64,000 nucleotides of DNA, from positions 32,001 through 96,000 of the forward strand of contig CAWBKB010000008.1 of assembly GCA_963789265.1 (NCBI GenBank), given 5' to 3'. Of this stretch, positions 9,169 through 19,428 are shown one piece after another. The translations under genes were made by a program, and so were the position numbers. Within the stretch, counting starts at the first letter, position 1, and every line of letters begins with the position of its first letter. The notes below the pieces were generated by a model. It saw nothing but the letters and a program-made list of their open reading frames with translations, was not told the origin of the DNA and made no database searches. This DNA is from an uncultured delta proteobacterium (GTDB lineage Bacteria > Desulfobacterota > Desulfomonilia > Desulfomonilales > Desulfomonilaceae).

Positions 9169-11073
9169 GTGACCAAAATCGACGAACTGCGAGAAAGGGC
9201 GGAAGAGTCCCTAGTGTCAGGTGGTGCGGAACACGTTGATATCTCAGGGCTGTCTTCCGATGATTTGGGAAGGTTGGTCCATGAATTGCAAGTCCATCAA
9301 ATCGAGCTGGAAATGCAAAACGAGGAGCTGCGCCGGATGCAGCTCGAAATGGAATCCGCACAGGCCAGATATTCCGACCTCTATGAGTTTGCACCTGTGG
9401 GCTACTTTACGCTTGATAAGCGAGGCATCATTCGACAGGCCAACCTGGCGGGAACGCGACTGATGGCGGCAAATGCGAAGTCTTTTTTGGTCGACTCACC
9501 CTTCTCAAAGTTCGTTCACCCGGATGATCTGCGCACGTTCCTTTTGCACCTGCGGCAAGTCTATCAAAACGGAGAGAGGCTAACCTGCGAGATCAGGCTA
9601 AAGAGAAGCGGTGAGGAAGTGTTTGTGAGGCTGAACAGCGCCCCGGCCAAGAACACTGACGGAGCAGTGACCGAATGCCTAACGGTTGTGACTGATTTGA
9701 CGGAGCGGAAAAAGGCCGAACAGGCTCTTGCGTACAGTGAACAGCAATTCAGGGCCGTTTGCGAAAGCACGGAAGAAATCATCATCATCAAGGATACATC
9801 GCGCAAATGCCTCTACGCGAACCCCGCAGCAGAGCGGGCCTATGGAATTCCAGCTTCAAAAATGATCGGACGGAGATTCGAGACCCTTATCCAAGATGCC
9901 GATCCCGATCAATGTAAAGAGTTGGATCGGAGGGTGTTTGAAGGGGAACTGATAGAGGAGGAACAGCGCCGCATCTTGAAGGGAGCCCCTCTGATTTTTC
10001 TAGAGACCCGGACCCCTGTGCGAGACAAGAGAGGTAAAGTTAACGGCATACTTTTCCATGCTCGTGAGATTACAGACAGGAAATTGAGCCAAACCACTTT
10101 GGAGCAGGGCGAACCCCGCTATACGTCTGCGGCCATGCAATCTACGCTGAAAATGGCAGCCATCGCCGCCCAAAGAAACGTCACCATCTTGCTGTTAGGC
10201 GAAAGCGGCAGCGGGAAGGACTACGTGGCTAAGTACATTCACGATCATTCCCCGAGATCGGGTGGGCCCTATTTCTCCATAAATTGTGCCGCACTTCCTG
10301 CCGACCTGGCCGAATCAGAGCTTTTCGGCCACGAAAGAGGCTCATTCACCGGAGCAGCAGGGCGAAAAAGAGGGCTGTTGGAACTGGCTGAAGGAGGAAC
10401 TCTCCTGCTCAATGAAATCGGTGAACTCACTCCGCCATTGCAGGCAAAGTTGTTGACATTTCTGGACACCAAGAAATTCACCCGCGTGGGAGGAGAGAAA
10501 CAGATTTCAGTGAATGCGAGGCTCATCGCGGCTACTAACAAAGACTTGCATCGCGAAGTCGAAGAGGGCCGCTTCAGAAAAGACCTCCTTTACCGCCTAG
10601 ACGTGATGAGGATCGAGATCCCGCCTTTGCGTCAGAGAATCGATGACATTCCCGTGCTGATTCGGGAGATCCTGACCAGACTTCAGGCGGACCTGCAATT
10701 GCCCCAGGTGCCCGCTATCGACTCCGCAACAGTGAAACGCCTTCAAAGTTACCACTGGCCCGGTAATGTGAGGGAACTCCGCAACGTTCTCGAAAGAGGA
10801 CTGATACTCGCGGGAAGGGGAGGAATACGGCTGTCCGGCCTGCCCGGCGGAGAGAGTTCTGCCGATTGGTCCTTCACCACGGAATTCCCCACCGATCGGT
10901 CGTTGAATGATATTACGCACGAGCTGAAGCGCTCACTTGTGCTGGAGGCGCTGCGACGATCCCGCGGGAAAAGGCAAGCCGCGGCCCGTCTGCTCGGAAT
11001 ATCCCGGGACTCTTTGAAGCATTATTTGAAGACGCTGGATATTAAGGACCAATTCGGTACCAGCGACGATTAG
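9169..11073 (+). CDS. PAS-PAS sigma54-dependent transcriptional activator with Fis-type HTH
   Basis: N-terminal VHELQVHQIELEMQNEEL helix, two PAS domains, GESGSGKD, ELFGHERGSFTGA, RLIAATN, WPGNVRELRN, C-terminal AARLLGISR. Confidence 0.93.
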   Translation: MTKIDELRERAEESLVSGGAEHVDISGLSSDDLGRLVHELQVHQIELEMQNEELRRMQLEMESAQARYSDLYEFAPVGYFTLDKRGIIRQANLAGTRLMAANAKSFLVDSPFSKFVHPDDLRTFLLHLRQVYQNGERLTCEIRLKRSGEEVFVRLNSAPAKNTDGAVTECLTVVTDLTERKKAEQALAYSEQQFRAVCESTEEIIIIKDTSRKCLYANPAAERAYGIPASKMIGRRFETLIQDADPDQCKELDRRVFEGELIEEEQRRILKGAPLIFLETRTPVRDKRGKVNGILFHAREITDRKLSQTTLEQGEPRYTSAAMQSTLKMAAIAAQRNVTILLLGESGSGKDYVAKYIHDHSPRSGGPYFSINCAALPADLAESELFGHERGSFTGAAGRKRGLLELAEGGTLLLNEIGELTPPLQAKLLTFLDTKKFTRVGGEKQISVNARLIAATNKDLHREVEEGRFRKDLLYRLDVMRIEIPPLRQRIDDIPVLIREILTRLQADLQLPQVPAIDSATVKRLQSYHWPGNVRELRNVLERGLILAGRGGIRLSGLPGGESSADWSFTTEFPTDRSLNDITHELKRSLVLEALRRSRGKRQAAARLLGISRDSLKHYLKTLDIKDQFGTSDD

Positions 11074-11112
11074 AGCGATTCTCAAAAGTAATCGCGGAAA
11101 GAGAAAATGGCT

Positions 11113-11372
11113 TGGTGGCGACGGGCATCTTGCCCGTCATCCCAATAGACAGGCTGGAAGCCTGTCCCACCAATCCAAATTAGATGCCGAGACGCATTGC
11201 GTATCACGACGATACTTATGAGAACCCCTATAGATACCGCGGCGCGGGCAGGTGACCCATAGAGGTCGAAAATCGTCACCCCGGACGTCGATCCGGGGTC
11301 CAGTCTGCTCTTGGTAGGACAGGCATCTTGCCTGTCAATTGGGAATGACGGGCAGGACATGCCCGTCGCCAC
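11113..11372. repeat. REP-like hairpin cluster between convergent genes
   Basis: gacgggcatcttgcccgtc, gacaggctggaagcctgtc, gacaggcatcttgcctgtc, gacgggcaggacatgcccgtc. Confidence 0.75.
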
Positions 11373-11376
11373 CAAG

Positions 11377-12667
11377 TCATCCTTGTGGCAGCTCTCCATC
11401 GTGCGCAAAGCCGCGGCCATGAGGCCCCTTGAATACGACGGAAAAAGTAGTGCCTCCCGATTGCCTGCACCCCCGCTCGTCCTTCACATGTTCACACGCG
11501 GAAATGCTACCCGGGCAATGTTCTTTATGGGTAGGCAGGTAGATGCATCTGGCGGTTTCGAACCCAATATCAATGAACCCTTCATCGGCCAGCATTTTTA
11601 ACTGCATCAATTCCAGTCCCTTACCGCCGGCGTTAAAATCGAACGGTTGCTTGGTAGAGTAGCGTTCCGTATCCTGCGTGTGATGGAATGCCTCGAAAAT
11701 AAACATCTGATCCTGCCGGAGAATGCCCACTCCACGATCCTCGACACGTAACACAGGCCCGGAAGGGGATTTTTCCAAAATAACCGTTACGGTTCCGCCA
11801 TCCGGAGTGTTCTCCACGGCATTCTTGACCAGCGTCTCAAGAATTCTAATTAGCACATCAGGATCTATCACCGAGGAATCGACCTGCTGAAGTCGGTGCA
11901 GCAATGCCACAGAGCGACCCGAGCTTCGTTTCCGAAGCGTGTCCAAGGCGTCGATTACAAACGGGATAATGGGGAAGGGCCTGGGTCTATACTCAACGGG
12001 GGCAACGATCTGTTCCACGATCTGCTGAACTTCTTTTAATCGTGCCAGATTTCTTCTGATCCTTATGAGGTTCTTTTGCCGGTCCGCGGTCGAAACATCC
12101 TGGCGCACCAGCTTTGGCAGTGATGCATCTATGATCGCGAGTGGCGTGGTCAGTTCGTGCGAAAGATGGTTCACTGCTCGTTGCCTGGCCCTTTGCATAG
12201 ACTTCCACGCGGTTATATCACGAAGAATAACCAGAATTCCGAGAGGTTTCCCCTGGTGGTCAAGGTATCGCGAGGAACTGACATTCACATCCAGAAGGGT
12301 TCCGTCCTTGGTAATCCTCCTGGTCTCGAAACCGCTCTGGGGTTTTCCATCCTGAATCTGACGTTTGATCTGGGTCAGTGAGGCTTTCAGTTCCGAGTCC
12401 GGCACGAATGGTATCCGTTTGCCGATCAACTCCTCCTTGGTCCATCCGAACAGCCGAGTGAAAGAATCACTGACATATCTTGCATTTCCGTCCATGTCGT
12501 AAATTACGGATCGCGTCCGCGGAGGAGTTTATAGCATTCAGAATGCCCTGAAGAAGCTCTTGAGTTTCACCTGCCTCGGTCTCGGCCTGTTCGAGACGAG
12601 CCGTGAGGCACGTAAGATCGTCCCGTTCGCAAGTGATCGGTATTGATTTGTGAATTTCGTCTATCAT
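11377..12667 (-). CDS. PAS sensor histidine kinase (frameshift near 12508, probably a sequencing error)
   Basis: H-box LSHELTTPL, N-box LVKNAVEN, DRGVGI, GKGLEL; removing one C joins ORF 12467-12667 as SSADAIVIYDMDG. Confidence 0.85.
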
Positions 12668-12929
12668 TCATATATCCTTCTGACGTTACCCGGCTGCCGG
12701 TCGTCTCTTCGGAAATAGTCTAGCTCAAAATAGGTCGACGCGCCAGTGGCTTGCGAAGGATGCGGTGAATCCGCGGCCCCCAGTGGGAATCGCATCATTC
12801 GTGGTGTCCTCGACCGATGCGGCTCATTTCGTTCACAACGACCTACCTTCTTTCTCAAAACGAGTTAGCGCGCGAAAATCGCGGCACAATTCCAGTCACA
12901 AGTGCAGTTTTTAACACTACCGCTGCAGA

Positions 12930-13355
12930 TCACGGTCCACAACTAAATCCGCCCCGCGGGCACCTCTGATAGGGGCTAATCGCAGCAGGAGCAAAGGCAC
13001 AGCCGAATCCGCCTCGCGGACATCGCTGATAGGGGTAAACCAAAGCCGGACTGTCGGCTGCCGGACCCCAAAGTCCCATATAGGCGGCACCGGAGTTTGG
13101 CAGGTCCAGTGGCATCATGCGGGTAGCAAGGGCCGGTACCGGTAAGTTGTTGTTAGCTGGCGGTGGGGTGACACTACCGGTTATGGCCGCCGCCGCCAAC
13201 ACCACTCTGCCGGATGACCGGACGATGGGTGTTACGGACCGGTCTGCCGCCGCGAGACCTGTAGGCAGACTAGTCAGCGTCGGAACTATGAGGACGATCA
13301 GCGACACGTAGTACGCTGGTGCCAATAGGCCTGTGTTGCTTGATTTCCGTGTCAT
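12930..13355 (-). CDS. Putative small secreted protein with a tandem PYQRCPRGGFxC repeat
   Basis: Hydrophobic N-terminus; motif duplicated at protein level with synonymous DNA differences, which supports coding. Confidence 0.6.
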   Translation of the reverse strand: MTRKSSNTGLLAPAYYVSLIVLIVPTLTSLPTGLAAADRSVTPIVRSSGRVVLAAAAITGSVTPPPANNNLPVPALATRMMPLDLPNSGAAYMGLWGPAADSPALVYPYQRCPRGGFGCAFAPAAISPYQRCPRGGFSCGP

Positions 13356-13478
13356 GACACTATTTCTTTCCGGGGCGATGCTTAGGCAAAATCCCGATAG
13401 ATACCGCCCACTATGTTCACAATCCCTAAAGATTGAGATGCGAACCCCGTGATTTGGGTTCCGGCCGGTAGGATAACA

Positions 13479-14144
13479 GTAGGGTGGGCATCTTGCCCGC
13501 CGATTACTATACGCATTGCCAAAAGTTTTGTCCGATTAGAGGTAGCCTGACACCGTCATTCCTGCGGGGGCCGGAATCCAGTCTTTTCAATCCCGCGTTC
13601 CTCGCGGGACTGGACCCCGGCCTTCGCCGGGGTGACGGGTGGTGAACAGGTCATTACTTTTTGCAACGGCTAGATGTTTCCTCGTTCCCGGGCTCTGCCC
13701 GCAAACTGCCTTTATTGTCCCCCTCGGGGAATGGGAGAAAAACCCTCGCCTTCAGGCGAAGACTTCAGTGCGTACCCATTGTACATGTGTGGCACAAGAT
13801 ACAAAGATGGCATTAGGATGCTGGTGAGCGCAGCGAACCGCATCGCTCGCGGTTTTTTCTCGATTGATGCGGTTCCCCCGCGCAGAACGCGGGCTCACCA
13901 GCATCCTAGGCCGATATCGACTCCGGTCCTCTGGCGGCAGCGACCGCCGGATTCATCCGGGGGAGCGAAAATGCCGCCGAAGCCACCGCCTTCAGGCGGT
14001 GGAGCCTTCACTTCGCTATCATAGTCGAGGCAGAGCCTCGCAATAGGCATTCGCAGGCAGTCCCGCGAGACGCGGGACTTTGAACGAGAGATCCGGAACT
14101 CAGAGGCACGATTTCAAGTGAATTTTCAATTTTGAGACAGTCTC
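13479..14144. repeat. Dense cluster of palindromic repeats plus an orphan IS1182-like end
   Basis: gtcattcctgcg.../ccccggccttcgccggggtgac, ctcgttcccgggctctgccc.../gaggcagagcctc, ccaccgccttcaggcggtgg, ttttgagacagtctc at 14130-14144. Confidence 0.7.
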
Positions 14145-14258
14145 TTCAGCCCCGGGCTGCCATGATGCCTCGATTTCGACCCATTCCGTACTTTTGGGAT
14201 AATTTTATCCTGCCCGCCATTGACTATAGATTTTTCTCCGGGCTCTAACAAAAAAGAC

Positions 14259-14308
14259 TTGACAAAAATTCGAGGTCTGAGTACGTTAATTGTTAACGTT
14301 TAAACAAT
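14259..14308 (+). promoter_or_regulatory. Sigma70 promoter with downstream palindromic operator
   Basis: TTGACA (14259-14264), 17 nt, TACGTT (14282-14287), then ATTGTTAACGTTTAAACAAT (14289-14308). Confidence 0.7.
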
Positions 14309-14428
14309 CAAAATATAAACAACTTGGCCCCTGCTTAAAAGGTCCCCTCTGGTGCCGAGCCGAGTGAACTCCTGACCCACAATGACACGGACTTATTCGC
14401 CAAATATTTGGAGAAATGGAGGTCAACA

Positions 14429-15886
14429 GTGAGTATAAAGTCGAAACTGTCTGAAATCGTCGGGCCTGAAAACTTCTCCGATGATCCTGGTCAGTTGCAG
14501 GTCTACGCGACCGATTTCAGCTATTATCGTGCTGGGGCTCCCAATTATGTCGTGAAGCCGTCAACTTCCCAAGAAGTTGCCGAGATTGTCAAATTCTGCA
14601 ACGAAAAAAAACTACCCGTGGTACCGTGCAGTTCCACGGTCCATTTCTACGGAGCCACAATTCCCAAGGAAGGGGGAGTAGTCCTGGACCTGTCCAGGCT
14701 GGATAATATCCTGGAAATCGATCGCGACAATCGTCGGGTGAGATTTGAGGCAGGCGTCACATGGGACAAGCTTACCAAAGAACTCAAGAAAGAGGGCTAC
14801 AGGGTGATCATGCCCTTGACGCCCCCTGCGCAGCGATCCGTGCTCACCGATTTCCTGGAGCGAGAAGAGCCCACCAACCAGGTGTACGACTATGGCGAGC
14901 CTCTCCAGGCCATGGAAGTGGTGTGGCCTACCGGCGAGATCTTCAGAATGGGCTCGGCAAGCGTCAACGGGTATCCTGATTCTCCATCAAAAGGCGGGAA
15001 TCCGTCAGGCCCGGGACTTGATTTTTATCGTTTTTTCCAATGCGCTCAGGGGACCATGGGGGTCGTGACCTGGACCAATTTGAAGATCGAATCCATCCCC
15101 AAGATGGACAAGACCCTCTTCGCGGCGATTGACAATCTCGATTACGCAATGGATTTTCTCCATCGGATTCTGCCCCGAAGGATCGGCCAGGAAATTCTTT
15201 TGTTGAATCGTGTGAATCTGGCTGCGATCCTGGCTGAGAAGTGGCCCGAGGACTTTGATAAGCTGAAAGAAGCCTTGCCTGCTTGGACTTTGATTTTGGT
15301 ACTAAGCGGACTTCTGAGACGCCCGGAAGAAAAGATCGCTTATGAAGAGAATTTTCTCAATCAAGTGCTCAGGGACGAGTTCTCCAATATGAGGCTGGGT
15401 GAAAATTTGCCCGGTTTTCCCGGCCTGAGAAACAAGCTCCTGCCGATCCTGCGTAACCCCTGGCCTGTTGATTTGCCGCACTGGAAGAACCGGATCAAAG
15501 GAGCGTGCCAGAGTCTCTTCTTCCACACGCGGCCGTCCAAGGCTCAGCATTTCGTGACCAAAGTAAGAGAAATCGCCGGCCGATACGGCTATCCGGGCAG
15601 TGATATCGGCATATACATCCAGCCGATCGAACATAACCGAGCGTGCAGACCGGAGTTCAACTTCTTCTACGATCCTGCAAACGAGGCCGAGAAGACCAGC
15701 GTTCGAGCCCTCTACAAAGAGGCCGCCAAGGTGCTTTTGAGTGAAGGAGCCGTATTTACCAGGCCCTACGGTGACCTGGCCCCCATCGTTTATGAAAAGG
15801 CCGCCTCGTACGCGAGTCACCTGAAGCGGCTAAAGAAGGTATTTGATCCAAACAACATTATGAATCCTTCAAATCTGTGCTTCTGA
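14429..15886 (+). CDS. FAD-binding oxidoreductase (GlcD/VAO family)
   Basis: VVKPST.QEV..IVK, GGVVLDLSRL, EAGVTW, AQGTMGVVT, LKKVFDPNNIMNP; GTG start after GGAGG. Confidence 0.88.
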   Translation: MSIKSKLSEIVGPENFSDDPGQLQVYATDFSYYRAGAPNYVVKPSTSQEVAEIVKFCNEKKLPVVPCSSTVHFYGATIPKEGGVVLDLSRLDNILEIDRDNRRVRFEAGVTWDKLTKELKKEGYRVIMPLTPPAQRSVLTDFLEREEPTNQVYDYGEPLQAMEVVWPTGEIFRMGSASVNGYPDSPSKGGNPSGPGLDFYRFFQCAQGTMGVVTWTNLKIESIPKMDKTLFAAIDNLDYAMDFLHRILPRRIGQEILLLNRVNLAAILAEKWPEDFDKLKEALPAWTLILVLSGLLRRPEEKIAYEENFLNQVLRDEFSNMRLGENLPGFPGLRNKLLPILRNPWPVDLPHWKNRIKGACQSLFFHTRPSKAQHFVTKVREIAGRYGYPGSDIGIYIQPIEHNRACRPEFNFFYDPANEAEKTSVRALYKEAAKVLLSEGAVFTRPYGDLAPIVYEKAASYASHLKRLKKVFDPNNIMNPSNLCF

Positions 15887-15899
15887 GGAGGGAGAAACC

Positions 15900-17225
15900 A
15901 TGGCCGATGAAATGCCTGTCAGATATTACAAGCCCAAGACTGACTTCAAACTCGATGTCACGGATATACAAAATTTCGTCTACGACATGAGCCGATGCAT
16001 CAAATGCAAAGGTTGCACCTGGGTCGATCACACGTACATGCCGGGTCCGAAGTACATGACCCGTTGTCCCAGTGCAACGAAGTATGAGTTTGACGCTTAC
16101 GGGGCGTACGGAAAAATGCGCATCGGACATGCGATGGCTGAAGGGTTGCTCGACTGGAACGACAAAGCCCTGGAGGTTGTGTATGCCTGCACATTATGCG
16201 GAGCCTGCGATGTAGGGTGCAAGCGAAATTTGGATTTGGAAATCGAGCTTTCCCTGGAGTCGCTCAGAGTCAAGGCGGTCAAGGACGGTGTCGGTCCTAT
16301 GCCGGCCCACAGGAAGATCGCCGAGAACATCTCGAAGAGCCACAACATGTACGGCGCTTCGCACGAAAAGCGAACAAGCTGGATTCCCGAGGGGATAACC
16401 CCAGCCAAGAAAGCCGACCTGCTTTACTTTGTGGGCTGCACTGCATCGTACATAAACAAAGAAATCGCCCAGTCTACGGCAAAAATCTTCAAATCCGCGG
16501 GCACGCAATTCATGCTCATGCCGGATGAATGGTGTTGCGGCAACACGCTGTTTTCCGTGGGCATGTTCGATGAAGCCAAAGCCTTGGCTCAGCGAAACCT
16601 GGATGAAGTTCGGAAGACAGGCGCCAAAACCCTTCTCACAAGTTGCGCGGAAGGCTACCGCATGTGGAAGGTGGACTATCCGAAGCTCTTGAACATCTCC
16701 ACTGACGATCTGGGCTTCAAGGTGGTTCATCTGGTGGAATATGCAGACGAGATGATCAAGAGCGGCGCCCTGAAAATGAGAAAGCCGTTTGAAACTCGTC
16801 TGACTTATCACGATTCCTGTAGCCTCACCCGCTTGAGCGACCCCTGGACCCCTTATGAAGGAAAGCGAGGCTGGATGGGCTGTGTGGAACCAAGACTTCA
16901 AAGGAGGCGCGGGAACAGAGAGATATACGCCAAGCCCAGAGACATTCTGAAGGCCATTCCGGGCGTCGATCTTGTGGAAATGCCGAGGACCAGAGAAAAT
17001 GCCTTCTGTTGCGGCGCCGGACGAGGGACTCAGGAAGCCTATCCGGACTTCGCAAAGTGGGCCGCCGCGCATCGGTTGAAAGAGGTCAAGGATATAGGGG
17101 CCGAGACGCTGGTGTCCTCCTGTCCCTGGTGCAAAAACAATTTCGCCCAAGCCGTCAAAGCCGACGGCGATGATGTGCAGGTCCTGGATATTTCGGAAGT
17201 GATCTGCGCATCCATTGAAGGTTAG
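15900..17225 (+). CDS. Fe-S oxidoreductase with two CCG domains (GlcF/HdrD-like)
   Basis: CIKCKGC...CP, CTLCGACDVGC, FVGC, EWCCG, YHDSC, FCCGAG, SCPWC. Confidence 0.9.
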   Translation: MADEMPVRYYKPKTDFKLDVTDIQNFVYDMSRCIKCKGCTWVDHTYMPGPKYMTRCPSATKYEFDAYGAYGKMRIGHAMAEGLLDWNDKALEVVYACTLCGACDVGCKRNLDLEIELSLESLRVKAVKDGVGPMPAHRKIAENISKSHNMYGASHEKRTSWIPEGITPAKKADLLYFVGCTASYINKEIAQSTAKIFKSAGTQFMLMPDEWCCGNTLFSVGMFDEAKALAQRNLDEVRKTGAKTLLTSCAEGYRMWKVDYPKLLNISTDDLGFKVVHLVEYADEMIKSGALKMRKPFETRLTYHDSCSLTRLSDPWTPYEGKRGWMGCVEPRLQRRRGNREIYAKPRDILKAIPGVDLVEMPRTRENAFCCGAGRGTQEAYPDFAKWAAAHRLKEVKDIGAETLVSSCPWCKNNFAQAVKADGDDVQVLDISEVICASIEG

Positions 17226-17240
17226 GCTGGGAGGTAAGTT

Positions 17241-18842
17241 ATGGCGATATCCAAAGAAATATATAGAGCATTGGAGGCAATCGCAGGGGCGCAGTATATC
17301 TCCGACGACCCGGTCATCTGCGAAGGGTATAGAAGCGGCCCCGGAGGATACGAAAACGGCTTGGGATATGAACGTGTGATGACCAGAGTCCCCGGATGCG
17401 TGATCATGCCCAAGACCACGGAGGAAGTCCAGAGGATCGTCAAGGTCTGCTATCGTAACGACATCCCCTATGTTCCTTACAGCACGGGGTTTTATGGACC
17501 CCGCTCCCATCCCCACGTTGAGGACGCCCTGCTGATCGACCTCAAACGTATGAACGATTTCATCCTTGATGAAAAGCACTTTTACGTGGAAGTAGGTCCC
17601 GGCATGATCTATTCGCCCATCCAGGAAGAGTGCATGAAGCATGGGGCGTATGTGGTGATCGGGGGCGGCGGAGCACAAGCTTCGGCTATTGCCAACCTGA
17701 TCGGCGACGGCTGGTCTCCGTTGAGCCACCGGATCGGCCTCCCTCACAGGCGCATACTGGGGACCGAAGTGGTTATGCCTGACGGCGAACTCCTCAGGTT
17801 AGGGTCCCTGGCCGAAGGCGACGACCCCTTTTGGGGTGAAGGTCCCGGCCCGGACCTCAGGGGCCTGCTAAGAGGCTACACCGGTCTTCGCGGCTGTCTC
17901 GGTATTGTCACTCGAATGGCAATCAAAACGCTCCCGTTTCAGCCCGAACGCCTCGAACCAACGGGTATTTCGCCCAATACAGCACTCGCTCTCCCTGAAA
18001 AGCGGATCAAATGGATAAACTTCATAGTTCCGTCTAAAGAGGCACAGGTGAAGGCCATGCGGGAAATCGGCCACGCGGAGATTGGGGGCGCGGTGACCAA
18101 GGTGCCCCTCTTTTGGCGTGCTATTGCCAAGGCTGGATGTAAAGAGGAATTTTGGGATCTCTGGAGCAAGGAAAACGAGCAGACCGTTGCCAACTTCTTC
18201 ATCGTGAGGGTCCTGCTCATCGGCTACACGTCCGAAGAGCAAATGGAATACGATGAGCGTGTCCTCATGGACATCATGACGGAAGTGGGCGGCATTGCAC
18301 GCCGTACCAAGCCGTCGGACGAGTCCTGGATAAAGAATGCCGACTCGGCAGGCATGTGGCTCATGTGCGGCGGATATGTGTCCGTGGATTATGTCATTGA
18401 AACTCTGACTCAGTCGCCTGACCACGGCCCTGCTTATGCCGATTTGAAGAAGAAATACACTCCGCCGTTGATGCCCGATTATGGCGATCCCGGCTGGTTC
18501 CAAAGTTTCGAACTCGGCCACCAGGGCTACTCCGAATTCCTCGTGTATTGGGACCCCGACGACAACACCGACCCGGTTGATCAGTTCTATGTGGACACAT
18601 CCAAGATGAACATAAAGAATCGTTTCTACACGTCTTTGCTGGGTCCGCATCAGCCGCTCTATCTTACGGGACCGAATTACGGGCCCAACTACCACGAGTT
18701 TCTGCTCAAGGTGAAGAATGAGTTCGATCCCAAATGGAAATCTCATCCTCCGGTTCCTTTGGCCCATGATGTCTTTGTAGAACGTGCGCCATGGATGCAT
18801 CACCTGAAGGATTGGGAGCGGCCGGACGATCTTCCAAAATAG
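17241..18842 (+). CDS. FAD-binding oxidoreductase (VAO/PCMH/GlcD family)
   Basis: VIMPKTTEEVQRIVK, IDLKRMN, EVVMPDGELLRLGS, GPGPDLRGL, LGIVT, KVKNEFDP. Confidence 0.88.
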   Translation: MAISKEIYRALEAIAGAQYISDDPVICEGYRSGPGGYENGLGYERVMTRVPGCVIMPKTTEEVQRIVKVCYRNDIPYVPYSTGFYGPRSHPHVEDALLIDLKRMNDFILDEKHFYVEVGPGMIYSPIQEECMKHGAYVVIGGGGAQASAIANLIGDGWSPLSHRIGLPHRRILGTEVVMPDGELLRLGSLAEGDDPFWGEGPGPDLRGLLRGYTGLRGCLGIVTRMAIKTLPFQPERLEPTGISPNTALALPEKRIKWINFIVPSKEAQVKAMREIGHAEIGGAVTKVPLFWRAIAKAGCKEEFWDLWSKENEQTVANFFIVRVLLIGYTSEEQMEYDERVLMDIMTEVGGIARRTKPSDESWIKNADSAGMWLMCGGYVSVDYVIETLTQSPDHGPAYADLKKKYTPPLMPDYGDPGWFQSFELGHQGYSEFLVYWDPDDNTDPVDQFYVDTSKMNIKNRFYTSLLGPHQPLYLTGPNYGPNYHEFLLKVKNEFDPKWKSHPPVPLAHDVFVERAPWMHHLKDWERPDDLPK

Positions 18843-18889
18843 GAGAGCGACTGGAGCATTGGCCGGAAATTGTGGCGCCGATGAGCCAT

Positions 18890-19311
18890 CAAAGTCCCCT
18901 TGTTTCCAAGGGGGATATAGGGGATTTTCGATAGGTTAGCTCCAAATCCCCCTACCCCCGCTTTACGAAAGAGGGGAGCAAATCGGTGAGTCAGCGTCTA
19001 TGTGGCAAATCCACGATCAGTAGGACGGGCATCTTGCCCGTCGTCATTGCCGCATACGCGGGAATGCGGTATCCGGACGACCGGCAAGATGCCGGTCCTA
19101 CTGTGTCCTCATTCGCGCCTACGCGGGAATGAGGTGGGACCGGGCTCCCCGCGAGACCGCGAGGTCATTTACGAGCCGCCGGCGAGGTCGCAGGCGCGAC
19201 CCCGAATCGGAGTCCGGAGCGACGAGTGACCGGGGTCCTGGTTCTCAGGCAGAAGCCGGCAACGACAAATAAAACACAATTCTCCGCGGTCTCTGCGTTC
19301 TCCGCGGTGAA
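18890..19311. repeat. Cluster of palindromic repeats inside the catabolic operon
   Basis: aaagtccccttg...gggggata (family also at 6910, 41884, 50310), gacgggcatcttgcccgtc, gaccggcaagatgccggtcctac, ctctgcgttctccgcggtga. Confidence 0.7.
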
Positions 19312-19428
19312 CTATCAGTCGATGCCCCGTTAGTACCAGAACCGTGGCAAAAGAGAGTTCGACGATGTAACATGGTTAGCAGCCTATAAACCAATACATG
19401 AAGCGTAAAACAAGAGGCGAGATCTACC

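Noticed and set aside
13479..14144. Repeat clusters as CRISPR arrays (also 18890-19311 and 49801-51480)
   Set aside because: No identical direct repeats at regular spacing and no cas genes; these are palindromic REP/MITE families.
16194..17747. Long antisense ORFs (also 25610-26857, 17868-18803, 44402-45403)
   Set aside because: They are shadows of well-supported genes on the opposite strand and carry no recognisable motifs.
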